This document shows, piece by piece, positions 25,166 to 36,840 of a stretch of DNA of 64,000 nt; position 1 is the stretch's first letter, and each line of letters opens with the position of its first letter. Source of the DNA: Camelus ferus (lineage: Eukaryota); contig NC_045697.1 of assembly GCF_009834535.1 (NCBI RefSeq), positions 86,740,001 to 86,804,000 on the forward strand. The letters run 5' to 3'. A program made the translations under genes and the position numbers. A model generated the notes under the pieces. It did not search any database. It was not told where the DNA came from and worked only from the letters and a program-made list of their open reading frames with translations.

Positions 25166-25201
25166 CTTTACGTCTTCTGGAGCTGGCAGAAATTCAGGGT
25201 C
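25166..25201 (-). CDS. IL21: IL21 coding exon 2, 36 nt
   Basis: ctag|GACCCTGAATTTCTGCCAGCTCCAGAAGACGTAAAG|gtaag = DPEFLPAPEDVK; phase 0 at both ends. Confidence 0.97.
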
Positions 25202-25309
25202 CTAGAGCAAAACAAAATTAGTTCTGAGTTATTTTTATAAGTCAAAAAGCTCCTTTCATATTAATTGAAGAATATGGTTTAAATTTTGTTGTGACAAGTA
25301 TGGCCTTAC

Positions 25310-25477
25310 CAAGTCATTCACATAATGCTTCAGCTGGTCAACAATATCTATAAGTTGACGCAATCTAATCAAGAGGCGATCTTGCCCTTGGGAGTTTGAT
25401 TTGTGGGCCACTGTCCCTGAGAAGATGACCATCAGGCAGATGACTATTCTCTCCATGTTGCCAGGACTGGATCTCAT
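25310..25477 (-). CDS. IL21: Interleukin-21 coding exon 1 (signal peptide and start of helix A), 168 nt
   Basis: Translates [56 protein letters not shown], closely matching the human IL-21 N-terminus as I recall it. Ends at donor TTG|GTAAG (cttac at 25305-25309 on +). The second ATG (25456-25454) has the stronger Kozak context (aacATGG). Confidence 0.98.
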
Positions 25478-25760
25478 AAGTGCCAGTAGATCAAGACCTT
25501 GGTCTCTGTTTTCACTTCAGTCAGTGAACAGGTTGTCAGTAAAGCTACCTATTTATTCATCCTTCAGGGAGAGGTAAAGCCCTCCCATTGCAGCCTGGAA
25601 ATCTTTGTAAAATGGATGAATGTGAGTAACTCTTTTTTCTTTTCCACTGGCTAGGTATACGTGTGCATGTGCTAATGCGTGGGGGCAGGGATTGATGGAG
25701 TCAACGAAATGTGCCCCATCTGCATCTTAGACAGGAAAAAGAGACAAATGGGTGAATTCC
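25478..25760 (-). promoter_or_regulatory. IL21 5'UTR and proximal promoter
   Basis: Minus strand CTGAAGTGAAAACAGAGACCAAGG resembles the human IL21 mRNA 5' end (TSS ~25521). TATA-like GAATAAATAG at ~25549-25558. NFAT cores TGGAAA at 25596-25601 (+) and 25641-25646 (-). AP-1-like TGAGTAA at 25623-25629. Confidence 0.75.
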
Positions 25761-27578
25761 AATGTTCAGCCTGAATCAAGAAGTGTGCACAGTAAACAGT
25801 AGGTACTACAAGACTTCAAAGAAGTAAACAAAACACTTTGATCTCTCTATCTCTGCCTCCTTTAGCATCTTACCTGTTCCTTCTGACAGTCATAAGGGCA
25901 CTTCAGTAATGAGTAAAGTGGCAACATGTGCTTTTTTGCAGGACTTTTTCTTATGGTAATAACTGTGCCTTTTGACTGAAATCATCCAGTATTCCATCAT
26001 AAATGTAGGAGGAGAGCTACCTTTTAGGAAATTTTAAATAGCAGGGGTATTTTCCAAATTAGCAAGAATAGTTTAGGTTCTTAATCAGGTGCAAGGGTTT
26101 AAAGTAGAATTTGCTTCCAGTTCTTCTCCAAAGCATCTTTAAATAACATTAATCTTGGCTTCTAAAGTTTTACTTTAAATCTGACTTATTCGTGTTATCC
26201 TACCCCCAATCAAGATCTCACTCAAACGTCATTTTAAAAAACTCCCTAATGTCTGTGTCTTCTATATAATGCATCAGTTAAATGAATGGAAAGTGCTAAT
26301 ACTCTTTCTTCTCCAAACCAAAATTTTATTTCAAACAGCAAAGTCCAGAAATACCCATAAGTGATCTTTTCCTCTGTAGGTAGTGTTGCTTATCACAATA
26401 TTACTGTTAGATATTATTTTCTCTGGGTATGAACAACACATTTCTAAGTATTACCAGGTAGAGGTTAATAAAAGACTCAAAGTCCAGAAGTGGTTTTATC
26501 GTCCTCCTCTCTGCTGCTTCTCCTATTCCTGCTACTCCTTACTCATTTGAGAAAGCTGAATGTGTTACTCTAGAATCACTGAAGTAGTGTTGTACCACAC
26601 TCAGTTGGGTCTTACAAATCGAACTTCTGACTATAGGTTTTATGTATCCATTTATTTATTCATCTATTTCATCACATGCTTACAGCCATACTTTTTTCTA
26701 AAATGTTATTTAGCCAAGATAAATTAGACTTCAGATTTGATTTGCTTTGAAGGTTGAATATAATCTTTTACCACAGAATATCTATTCAGGAGTATTCAGG
26801 TTTGGTCTTACAGAGTAGATTAAATTTCTTACCCTATGATCAAGAAATCTTCACTATAATCATTAAATTCTATAAGGGAATGAGTGTTCTGTGTAAACCC
26901 ATGAAATGCTTATGGCCTGGGGGTTGCCACCTGGTACCTGCACCATCTTTGTACATGCTTTCCTTATCTGCTAAAGAGATGTGAGTCTCCTTGAAGATAC
27001 TAACCACAGGGGTTAAGAGCTCAATTTCTAAAGCAAAGTGCTTGAATTCAAACCCAGGCTGTAATAATTAATTGCACACATGCCCCTGGATATGTTATTG
27101 CAAAAGGAAAATAAGCATAGAATCTGATCATAGGGTTGTGGTGAGGCTTAAGTAGACATCCAGGTACAAGGGCCAAGTACAGCACAGGACAGATTCCCAG
27201 GAGATTTGTGTGCTGACCACGAATGAGGAGGGAGAGGAGAATTTATAGAAGCCTAGAGAGGCTAAACTGATCCAGGGAAGAAAGAGCATGGGTAGGTCAG
27301 CCAAAATGCACGGGTGTGGCTACACTGATCATAAAAAGATCAGAAGTCTTTGGTGCTGCTTAGAGAGAATCTCTCATCTGGACTCTGGAGAGCATCACCA
27401 CCACCCTAGACACCCCAGTCCCTCCCTGACGCCTCCCACACCTCTGCAATTCATCAGCCAATATGCCAGGATCTCCAAGGTCCTGCTCTAGCATCAGAAC
27501 CCAAAGACCATTCTGAGAGTCTGATTCCCTGCTTTAAGTGGCATTTCAGTTGTTAAGCATTTTGAATATCACTGCTGG

Positions 27579-28040
27579 TGTGGTAGGCTGACTAATGGCA
27601 CCTCAAAGATGTCCACACCCTAATGCCTGGAGACTGTGTGTTAACCTTCACAAATGACAGAAGGGACTTTGTAGATGTGATTGAATTAAGGATCTTGAGA
27701 TGAGGGATTATTCTGGACTATCATGGTGGCCCAATGTAATCACAAGGGTACTTATAAGAGGAAGGCAGGCCTGTCAGAGTCCAAGAAGATGTGATGACAG
27801 AAGCAGAGGTTGGAGGGATATGGGGCTAGAAGCCAAAGAATACAGGTAGCCTCTAGAAGCTGGGAAAGACAAGGATCAGACTTCTCCCTAGAGCCTCCAG
27901 AAGGAGTTCAGCCAATACTTTGATTTTAGCCCCATAAAGCTCATTCTGGACTTCTGACATCCAGAACTGTAAAATAATGGATTTGTGCTGTTTTAAACCA
28001 CTGATTTTGTTGTAATGTGTTACAGTAGCGATAGGAAAGT
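27579..28040 (+). mobile_element. MaLR solo LTR (MLT1D-like)
   Basis: tgtggtaggctgactaatggc...aaagatgtccaca...gagcctccagaagg...ttctgacatccagaactgtaa...gttacagtagcgataggaaa. Confidence 0.85.
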
Positions 28041-28513
28041 ATGGATTTTTTCCTGTTGGAGAAACAGTGGGAAAGAGAGGAAGCGGTGATAAGGAGAGAA
28101 CTTATGAAGGCTAGAATTTGGTTCGTTGGGCTTTTGGGGGATGCAGGTAGAGGGGAAAGGAATCATGAAGAAGAGAGGGAAGTAAGATTCGTGGCACTAC
28201 CATGGAGCATGGGATACTAGAGATAAGAATGTATGATAAGGACTTTCCAGGAAGTCTGGCAGTGTTATAACAACTTTTTTCCGGCACTGAGAAGGCTTGC
28301 TCAGGAGTGACAGTGTGTTTCCAAGTTATGGAGCCCAATTTGTATTTCACTTGAATTTTTTACTGTGTTGAGACAGACCTCAGGGTGGGAGTAAAGAGGA
28401 TCAGACTGACTTGACTCATGTATTCTCTGCTTAGAAATATTAACTTATAGCATCATTTCATTGGGGTCTTAAAGGCTTTTTACTCATTAAATTATGATTT
28501 TTTTATTTAGATT

Positions 28514-29087
28514 CAGCCAGTCTTGTCCTAACACTTGCATTGAATATGAGAATTTATTTCACCTTGACTAACATACCAGGGAACAATTTGAGTATAACCA
28601 GAAATTTATATTTCCTAACATGCGATTTTGTCCTCAAGAAGTGCTAAGTGAATGCAGAAAACTGCTTCCAGCTGAACCGAGCCTTACAGGAACACACACG
28701 ATGCACACACGCCTCAAACACCCACCAGCTGCCTCAGTGCACCGCATGTGTGATGATCCCCACCCCCAGCCCCGTCCACATCTGGGGCTGAAACGATTTT
28801 CCACCCTGGGAACCCTTCCAACACACCTCCACAAACAAACTTCAGGTCTTTTTCTAGGTAACATGCTGTATTTTTTGTAGTATTTATGCATTTCTTCACC
28901 ATTTCACTTGTGCAAAACTGCTGTCTTTTGTATTCGGTTCCTATCATCTTTTTTATGTCACTGACAAAATTTTGGTGTTATGCCTCTAATCTCCCTTCCC
29001 TGTAAGCTCTGTGGTTGTTACTGCATGATTTTACACAGTGGAGTGAGTTTTAGAAATGTGGATGTTACATTTTAGCAGAACTGACTG
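28514..29087. mobile_element. Tigger-family DNA transposon (Tigger13a-like)
   Basis: Right end tagcagaactgactg; degenerate left end cagccagtcttgtcctaac. Confidence 0.6.
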
Positions 29088-30699
29088 TGTTTTGTCTGGA
29101 AGTGCCACCCTTCAGCCTCAACAGCATCTGATTACATCCAGGTAAAGAACAAGACTAGGATGAAGGATTTATTCCTAAGAAGGGAGAGAAAAGGGAGCCG
29201 ATGGAAGGAGGAGAAAATGAAAAACAAACTGTTTCTTATTTTCACGCGTGGCCCACCTGAGCTCAGATATTTTAAAATCCCGATGCCGCTCCTCCCCGGT
29301 CCTTCCCCATTAGCACAGGGGAGCTCATCTTGGCCTCCCTGAGTCTCCTGAAATTATTTGCAAAATTTTGTGTTTATGTTTACGGGAAGAAGAAAACCTG
29401 ATATTTCATCTGCTTCTCAAAGGAAGTGTCAGGCAGCTGCTGTTTTTACTTTCTAGGCTACAGAGACTTCTGTGAAGGGCAGTGTGATCCCCGCTTCTCC
29501 AGCTGGCACATGGCACTGGGCTTGAGTGGCAGCCCCAGACTTGCGGGACAGGAGCGGGACAGGAGCAGCAGTCTGGCTGAAGCCACACTTGCACAGCAAG
29601 CACACTGCCTTTACTTAGTGTCCATGTTTACTGAGTACCTTGGAGTGAGGTGGTGGGTTCTGCTAGATGCATTCTTTCCAGGAATATAACCCAGGTCGTC
29701 ACCATGAAAGCATGAAACTTTAGGCACAGACCCAGGGGATTTTATGGCCATTTTTCAAGGATTTTCTCAAATGCATTATGCTTATAGACCACCAGGTCAG
29801 GGTAGGAAGAAGGCAGGGAACTAAAGGAAGGCTCCCAGCCAGGGAGAGCAGACTGAGGGTGAGAGGAATCAAGGGAGGAAGGAGTTGAAGTCTGAAAATG
29901 AATGCTGCTAGTTTGTGGTTTTGTGGGGGGAAAGATATGCCGGGTCTAAGACCGTGCTGGTTACTGCGTGTGCCAAGTCCCTTGTCCTGTCTTCCCAGCT
30001 CTTCCTCGTGACCCCTAGGTGTCAAATACTCCCTTTCTGCTTCCACTTGCTTTGGCCCCTTGTGGGTAGAATTAGATGTCCTGTATGGAAAACTCTGGGA
30101 AGAGAGACCTCTAGGGTTTTAAAGTGATAGAACTTATTATAATATGTGCCATCCCAACACGCCAAAAGGATTCAGACAGGTGGCTTATCTGTAGGCTGAT
30201 CTTCAGGCAACCCATCAGTGAGGCTAGAGATCAGATGTCCATCATTCCATGACCCATCAGGCATAAAGGAGGGAGAAAAAAACTGGAAGACCTGTGCTGT
30301 TCAACCAGGTTCTACACTGACCTCACACCACGAGATGTGACAAGTTCCACCCGCCTCCCTAGCCTCCTGTCCAACATCAATGGTCAAAGAAATCCTGTTG
30401 TCTCTGGACTCAAGGCTTGTACCTGAGTCCCTCCCTAGGGCGAGGGATGGCTGTAAACATCTTCTGCCTTACCCTACAGCTCCTAACCCACGGTCATGAA
30501 AATAAAGAAGTACAACATTTGCCTTTGCTGTGTCCTCTTCCTAAAGTGTCTGCTGAGTTCCTTGTTCATGGGAACCTCCTCCCACATTCTCCAAGGGGCG
30601 GCGTCAGGATCTCAGAGAGAGGAGTCTCCAGGCTGAATGAAGCCCTTGTGTGGACAGTTATTTCTGTTTCTAGGGATGAGGATCATTTTGGAACATTAC

Positions 30700-31730
30700 T
30701 ACTTTGATCTTTGAATTTACAAAAGCAGTATATGTGGGTCATTAAAACAAAGAATTCAAAGAACATATAATTGTATAAAGTAAAAAGCAAAATATAAAAT
30801 TGCTCCCTTGTCTTCCCTAATTTTCACTTCCTGGGGGCACTCTTGAGAGTTTACAGTGTATCATTATAGACTTTTTTCCCATGTACTTAAAACAACATAG
30901 AGGTATAGATATAGATACATAGAGATTGAAGGAGATAGAATTATATATGGAGAAGGAGACATATAGAAAAAGAGACATAAAGATACAGACATAGAAAAAT
31001 GTGCTTTTTTACATAAAAATTTAATTTCACCGTACATATTCTACAACTTCCCTTTTTCACTCAATGATACGTCAGGGCCAAGAATCCATACAGTGTTCAT
31101 CACAGGGCTGTCTCATTTAAAGAGCTGGATTAATATTCCATTGTATGGCTGCACTAGAATTCATTCATGGTTCTACTGATATTTAGATTATTTCAAATTT
31201 TGATCTCCAGCAAACAGTGCAGCACTGAACATCCTTAAACATTTGTATCTTTAAGCGTATGTGAGCTACACTTCTTTTAGATTCATATCCCACATTTTGC
31301 TTCCTAAGTGGAAACATTATATCCTAAAAATTTGGTAGAAACTGCCTCATTGCCCTCCAACATGTTCTACCAGTTTACACACCCACCAACAATAGTTTCC
31401 TTTCCTCAGTGTTCTCATAAACACTTTATATTGTCAATACTTTAAATATTTGCCATTATGCTCAGGCAAGAAAAAAGTAGTACGCTATCATTGGTTCCCT
31501 TTTTTTGACCTATAGTTAAGTTTGGCATATTTTCATATCTTTATTATCAGTGGGGCTTTTTTTTTTTCTGTAAACAGCCTTGTTCATATTCTTTGCCCAC
31601 CTATTGGGTTGTTTCTTACCCATAAGGGCTCTTTTTCTATTAAAAATATGTTGAACATGTTTAAATTATTTTCTCTGTGGTGTCTTTTGCCCTACAGAGA
31701 TTTTGTTTTATATTACTGTATTTGAGAATC
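30700..31730 (-). mobile_element. Old L1ME-like 3' region
   Basis: aatattccattgtatggctg, aaacagtgcagcactgaacatcctt, ccagtttacacacccaccaacaat, ttcatattctttgcccacc. Confidence 0.7.
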
Positions 31731-33842
31731 TTATGTTTTATGACATGAGCTCCTACTAAGTATCAAAAATGTCTCACCTTCCATAATAGTAAATGGTAGA
31801 AACTGGTTCAGTCTTCCTCTTGCTTGAGGAATTCTAATACCAAGGAGTCACTATGAATTCAAGAGTGCTTTTAAATGAATTTGTATTTAACTCATCACAA
31901 GACTAGCTACATACTTTTTTTGAGAAATAATGATACGTATATGGTTGAAAATGATTTAGGCAGTTCATAAACAAAGGCCCACACATCAGTGAATTCATGG
32001 GCCCCCTGAATGCTGTTTCTTTAGAACAAAGTTGGATATGTATATAATTGTTATATACATATCCCACTTATACCACACTCAGGGGACAGAGCACTGCAGA
32101 ACCCTAAAATGGCATGAGCCATCAATTGTCAGTTGCATTTGCTACAGTTTTAGTGCTGAATGTTTTATTTTACTTGAACTCTTTAAATATGGATTCTCTA
32201 TGTCCAGTGTACATGGTAGCTCTGTAAACAAACTGATTAACAAAGTGGAGAACAGGAAAACACAGGTTCTGTGAGATTTGCTCATTGGGCTCAAAAGTTG
32301 CCCTGAAACCAGCCTTTAAAATAAAAAACAGTTACACCTGAGAGCCACATCTGTGGCTAATAAAGGGGGTGGGGTTATCTCTTTCTGGGAAAAGACCTTG
32401 GACCAATTAAAAAGATAACAGTAATAATTATTAAAGCAAGCACTTATTTAGTTAACTGCTTTACAGATATTATCTCATTTAAAGCAACAACGTGAGATGC
32501 AGTTACTAGGATTATCACTCCTTACAGATGAGGAAACCAAGGCACACTAAAATTAAGTAACACCGTGAAGTGACTGGAGGACAACTGTCTGCAGAGCTTG
32601 ACCACTTCGCAGAGGAAACTGCCCCCAATGCCAGTGCCGTTGGGTTATAACAGAATAGCCTCTGCAGTTCGTCAGACCCCATAGGGGGGTTAAACCGCAA
32701 TGATAATGCTTCTGACATGGATTTGGAATGAGATGAGGAGTTCTTTTGCAAAATTATTCTTGGTGGTAACCAGAATGTAAATGTATGTCTTGTCAGAGTT
32801 AATTAAATAATCAACTTCCAATCTCAGTTGGAATATCCAGTTGCGTCTTTCATTTATTTTACCCAGTGACCATCTAGTCCAGTGTAAGATTCAACAGTAA
32901 TTTTCTAGCATTTTATAGCCACAAGAGAAAAGAGAAGAAAGTGAATAAACACCTACAATACTTTGGATCCATGACTAGCATAAACAAAATCAACCAGGAA
33001 ATCAGCTATCTTGACAAGTTAATGGCCAAAAATGTGACTAAGTTATTTACCTCTATTTAATCAGTTATTGTTCATTTGCCATATTTTTCAAGCCTTCCCA
33101 TGGTAATGAGGACATCAGAATACTCATCTTTGGCTACAAAATGTTTAAATAGACGCTGAAAGGGAAATCAGTACGGAGGAAGCCAAAAGAAACATGCTTA
33201 TGAAGAAAGCCAACTAAAATTAAGTCTTTATGAAACTAAGAGATGGATGGCTCAAGAAGCTGAGATGGAAATCAAGAGTTAAGTCATCACAGGTCATGTC
33301 AGCGTATTTAGCAAAAGTTGTCCTGCTATTTCTGCCATCTGTAATATGTGCGCCAACTGGAGCTTTAATGGCATGACATTGAGGAGGAACTCCCACCCTT
33401 GACTTGATTTTTACCCAGCTCTCAGAACCGCTGCTCTGATCCTTGCTACTGTGTTCAGAGAACAGTTTTTAATGAGGTTAGTGTTCAAGTCAACATTTAG
33501 AATGGAGACCTTAACAAATGTAAGGATTAAGGCACTGAAGAGGTCAACAGTAATCCTGGAGGACACTGACCCCAGCAGGCCACAACCCAAAGAACCGCAG
33601 AACCTAGGAGAGCTCTGAGCACCTACCTCTCGCTCCTTTGGTCTCCTCCTGGCTTTTTATCCAGATCTCTCTGTTCCCCCCTTTTTTGTTGCTCATTCAC
33701 TCCAGATTTCTTCACTTTTCTTCTCTCCCTGGATTTGTTTTCAGAATTGTATCCCAGTTTTTTCTTGTTCAAATCCTCACACCATGAAATCAAAATATAT
33801 ATTTGTTTTATTAAATAGAGCTTTCTAGTCTCTAAATAGTGT

Positions 33843-34000
33843 CAGTCCTGTGTGTCCGTGGGTTTGGAGTCCAAACATACGGAAGGCTGACTCTGTTCGT
33901 TGTACTGCACTATTTTATCTGAGGGACATGAGCATCCTTGGATGTTGCTTTCCTCTGGGGCTCTGGAACCAAGTTCTCCGCGGATACTGAGGGAGGACTG
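33843..34000. mobile_element. Tigger-derived MITE (MER2-like)
   Basis: Ends cagtcctgtgtgtccgtggg ... ccgcggatactgagggaggactg (imperfect TIRs). Confidence 0.7.
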
Positions 34001-34286
34001 TGTTAGTTTAAAGTAAAACAAATTGAACAATATAGCCTCTCTAGGGAGCAGAGAGAGTCCTTTTTAAATGCCCTTTGCGATCTAATCTTTGGGGTTTTGT
34101 TTTGTTTTGTTTCCCTCTCATGAGTCAATGATCCTTTTACAAAAAACAAACAACAGTTTTTGCCTTTTCCTGATTTACGAAAATTAAGTCAAGGAAAACT
34201 GTAAAAAAGGTAATATCTGCTTAGTATCTGGGGAAAAGATAATTTGGAGATAGACTATGTTTACTTTCCGCATCTCTAAGGTGCTA

Positions 34287-34411
34287 CAGTCGTACAACGT
34301 GGGTTTTCTGCTGTTGGTTGAATCTGTGGATGCAGAACCACGTAGAGAAAGGAACCGACTATAAATTGTACAGGGAATTCTGACTCTGGGGAAGGTCGAT
34401 GCTCCTTCAAG
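34287..34411. mobile_element. Tigger2-family MITE fragment
   Basis: gttggttgaatctgtggatgcagaacc ... ttcaagggccaattg; similar to the copy at 49495-49713. Confidence 0.6.
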
Positions 34412-36659
34412 GGCCAATTGTGCTCTATTTTAGAAAGAGCTCTCTTGCCTGCATTAATTGCTCTCGGTGTTCAAAGTCCTCAGAACCGCTGCAACCATGT
34501 TCCTGTGTGGAAACCTCCACTTAGTTCCCACTTTGCACATTGCACATAGCAAACCTGAGTCCTTCACACACACACAAGTCCAGCAGGTACCACCAGGGAG
34601 GAAACACCTTGAACAATTTTTATTTTCATTTATTTCCTTCATCTGCTAAGTTTTATGTGGACAATCCAGGAAGAGAAGGCTATTTGAAAGGTGTATTTTT
34701 CCCATAAACTCGTAACCAACACACAATAATAGTTAATTGAATTTCATTTATTATCAGGTGGAGGCTTCTGAGACAGAGCTCAAGGAGGGTTTCAGGAAAA
34801 AGACATTAGAATTTAAAGTCCTTGATAGCAGAAAGCTTTGTGTGGAACAAAAATGCTACATCCTTCATGTTCTGTCCTCTGAGAGCATTAAACTGCATCT
34901 AGGGAGGGTCATGAGATGACTCGGCTGAGAAGGAAGGGTGGTCTCAGTCACATGTGACAGATTGGAAGAAGTCTGAAGACCAAAGTGGAGGAAGGTGAAA
35001 AAAGTACATTTAAAGTATGGTCTGTGCAGTGCATGTATTGGGCACTGAATAATGCCACTAAGGTGGCATTTGGTGAAATGCCACGAATAAGGTGACATTT
35101 CAATAAGGTGAAATTTTACGGGTTTGGAATAATTAACAAGCACCCATAGGAGTTTTAGGAGACTCATTATCTTAACTGTGACAAGAAAGTGATATTGCTG
35201 CTCTGAAAGGGCTCCTTGGGGTGGGGGTGGGGGCTGCCCTGAGGATGAAGGGGAGGGAAGGTAGGCAGAACTTTGTGCCTTCTCCACCCCTGCTTCAATC
35301 AGAGAAAATCTTCTTTATTAATACATTGGGTTCTGTGTAAGATTTAATTTGAAAAAAAGGATTACCCACTAGGAAAGAAAAAATAGTTTTAAAATGACTG
35401 ATGGAGTTCCCTATTTGCAGAGCCCAGGGTGGTAGAGTCACCTGCTTATGCCAGGTGTTCTGTCTTGGATAAGGAAGCCATGCCACGGTCCACAGGGGGC
35501 GTGGAAAGCCCACTTCTGCACTGTGGTTCCCGGGTTGCTAACAGATATTTACAGCTAACATTTATTGGGCACATACTGTATGTTGGGCGTTATTCTGATT
35601 CTTGTACCTATTCTTTGAGTTGTTACTGTATTTCATCAATTCTTGGACAGCACATTTGTATATTAATATTTTGGAAGCCAGGCTGCCTGTTATAATCAAT
35701 GGCAACTTAGATTCAGTGAAGTACCATAAGCCACCAAACCCTCACATTTGTGAGGTAACTTCTATTGTTATCCATTTTAGAGATGAGAAAACTGAGGCAC
35801 AGAGAGTTTAAGAAACTTGCTGAAAGTGGCATTTATAAGAGGTGATGTGATGGCTACCACTAAATGTCAAGATTGCTATTGACTAGGAGATAAGATGGCC
35901 CAGGCTACTTCCTGTTAGAGCTGGGAATAAATGATTTTATATGGGAGCCATAATGAAGGTGGCAATGAATCACAGCCATAAGATGAAATTATGTGTAATT
36001 TGTTGGGAAAAAGAAACCTGAGTCCTACATTTCTATATATTTTCTATCAACTCTGCCCTCTCTAACTTCATTATTCACAGTAAAAATCATCTGAAATGAA
36101 AAATCATTTCATTCATAATGAAAAAGATGACAAGAAGGTTTTTTGCTTTTAAAGGACATAATTTATGTAAGTCCATTAAAACTATTCCTTGCATATAGCA
36201 GGAACTCATTAAATGTCAGTTCCCTGCTTTTTTTTTTTTTTTCAAGAGCTAGAAACACTTTCTTGTAGATCATAGTTTTAAACTGTCATAGTGGTGGCTG
36301 CCACCTCTGCTGTTAAATTTGTTAAATAGTTGTGTAAGCATTGGGGAATATTGTGGGTAGATCTTTGTCAATTCCAGTTGATTTCCAAACAGATTTGTAA
36401 TGTGTAAAACAATTTTCCTGACTACTCAAGAAATAGGAAAAGCATTTAGAGAAAGGATTGTCTATAATTTTTTATTGTAAGTTCATTGGAATACCGTGGA
36501 GTAAAGACAAAGAGAATTAAAATTAATAGCTATAGTCGGGGCAGAGTGTCCTGATTGTCAGAAACGTGAATAAGAACAAGACCAACAGGAGAACTCAGTG
36601 TGCTTCCGCTTTGTGTGTGCACGAGGTGGGGAAAATACACGGTTTCCCTGTCACCTAAT

Positions 36660-36840
36660 GAGAGCCAACGGGCAAATGACGTGAATTTAGCACACGTCAC
36701 CTAAGAGGTCTGTGGCTTAGGAACATGCTGAGTCAATTTGCTACTTTAGAATTTACATCACCTTGATAGCGGACTTCCCCAAAAGTGGAATTCTGAGCAA
36801 CCTCATATCCCTACCAGGGGAGAGCAGAGATTTCCTTTTT
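36660..36840. promoter_or_regulatory. Candidate enhancer ~11 kb upstream of IL21
   Basis: TGACGTG 36677-36683 and CACGTCA 36693-36699 (CRE-like, inverted pair), TGCTGAGTCA 36726-36735 (MARE/AP-1), GGACTTCCCC 36771-36780 (NF-kB-like). Confidence 0.45.

Noticed and set aside
25256..25309. ORF-track extension [17 protein letters not shown] after exon 1
   Set aside because: Intron 1 read-through past a consensus GTAAG donor; no evidence it is used.
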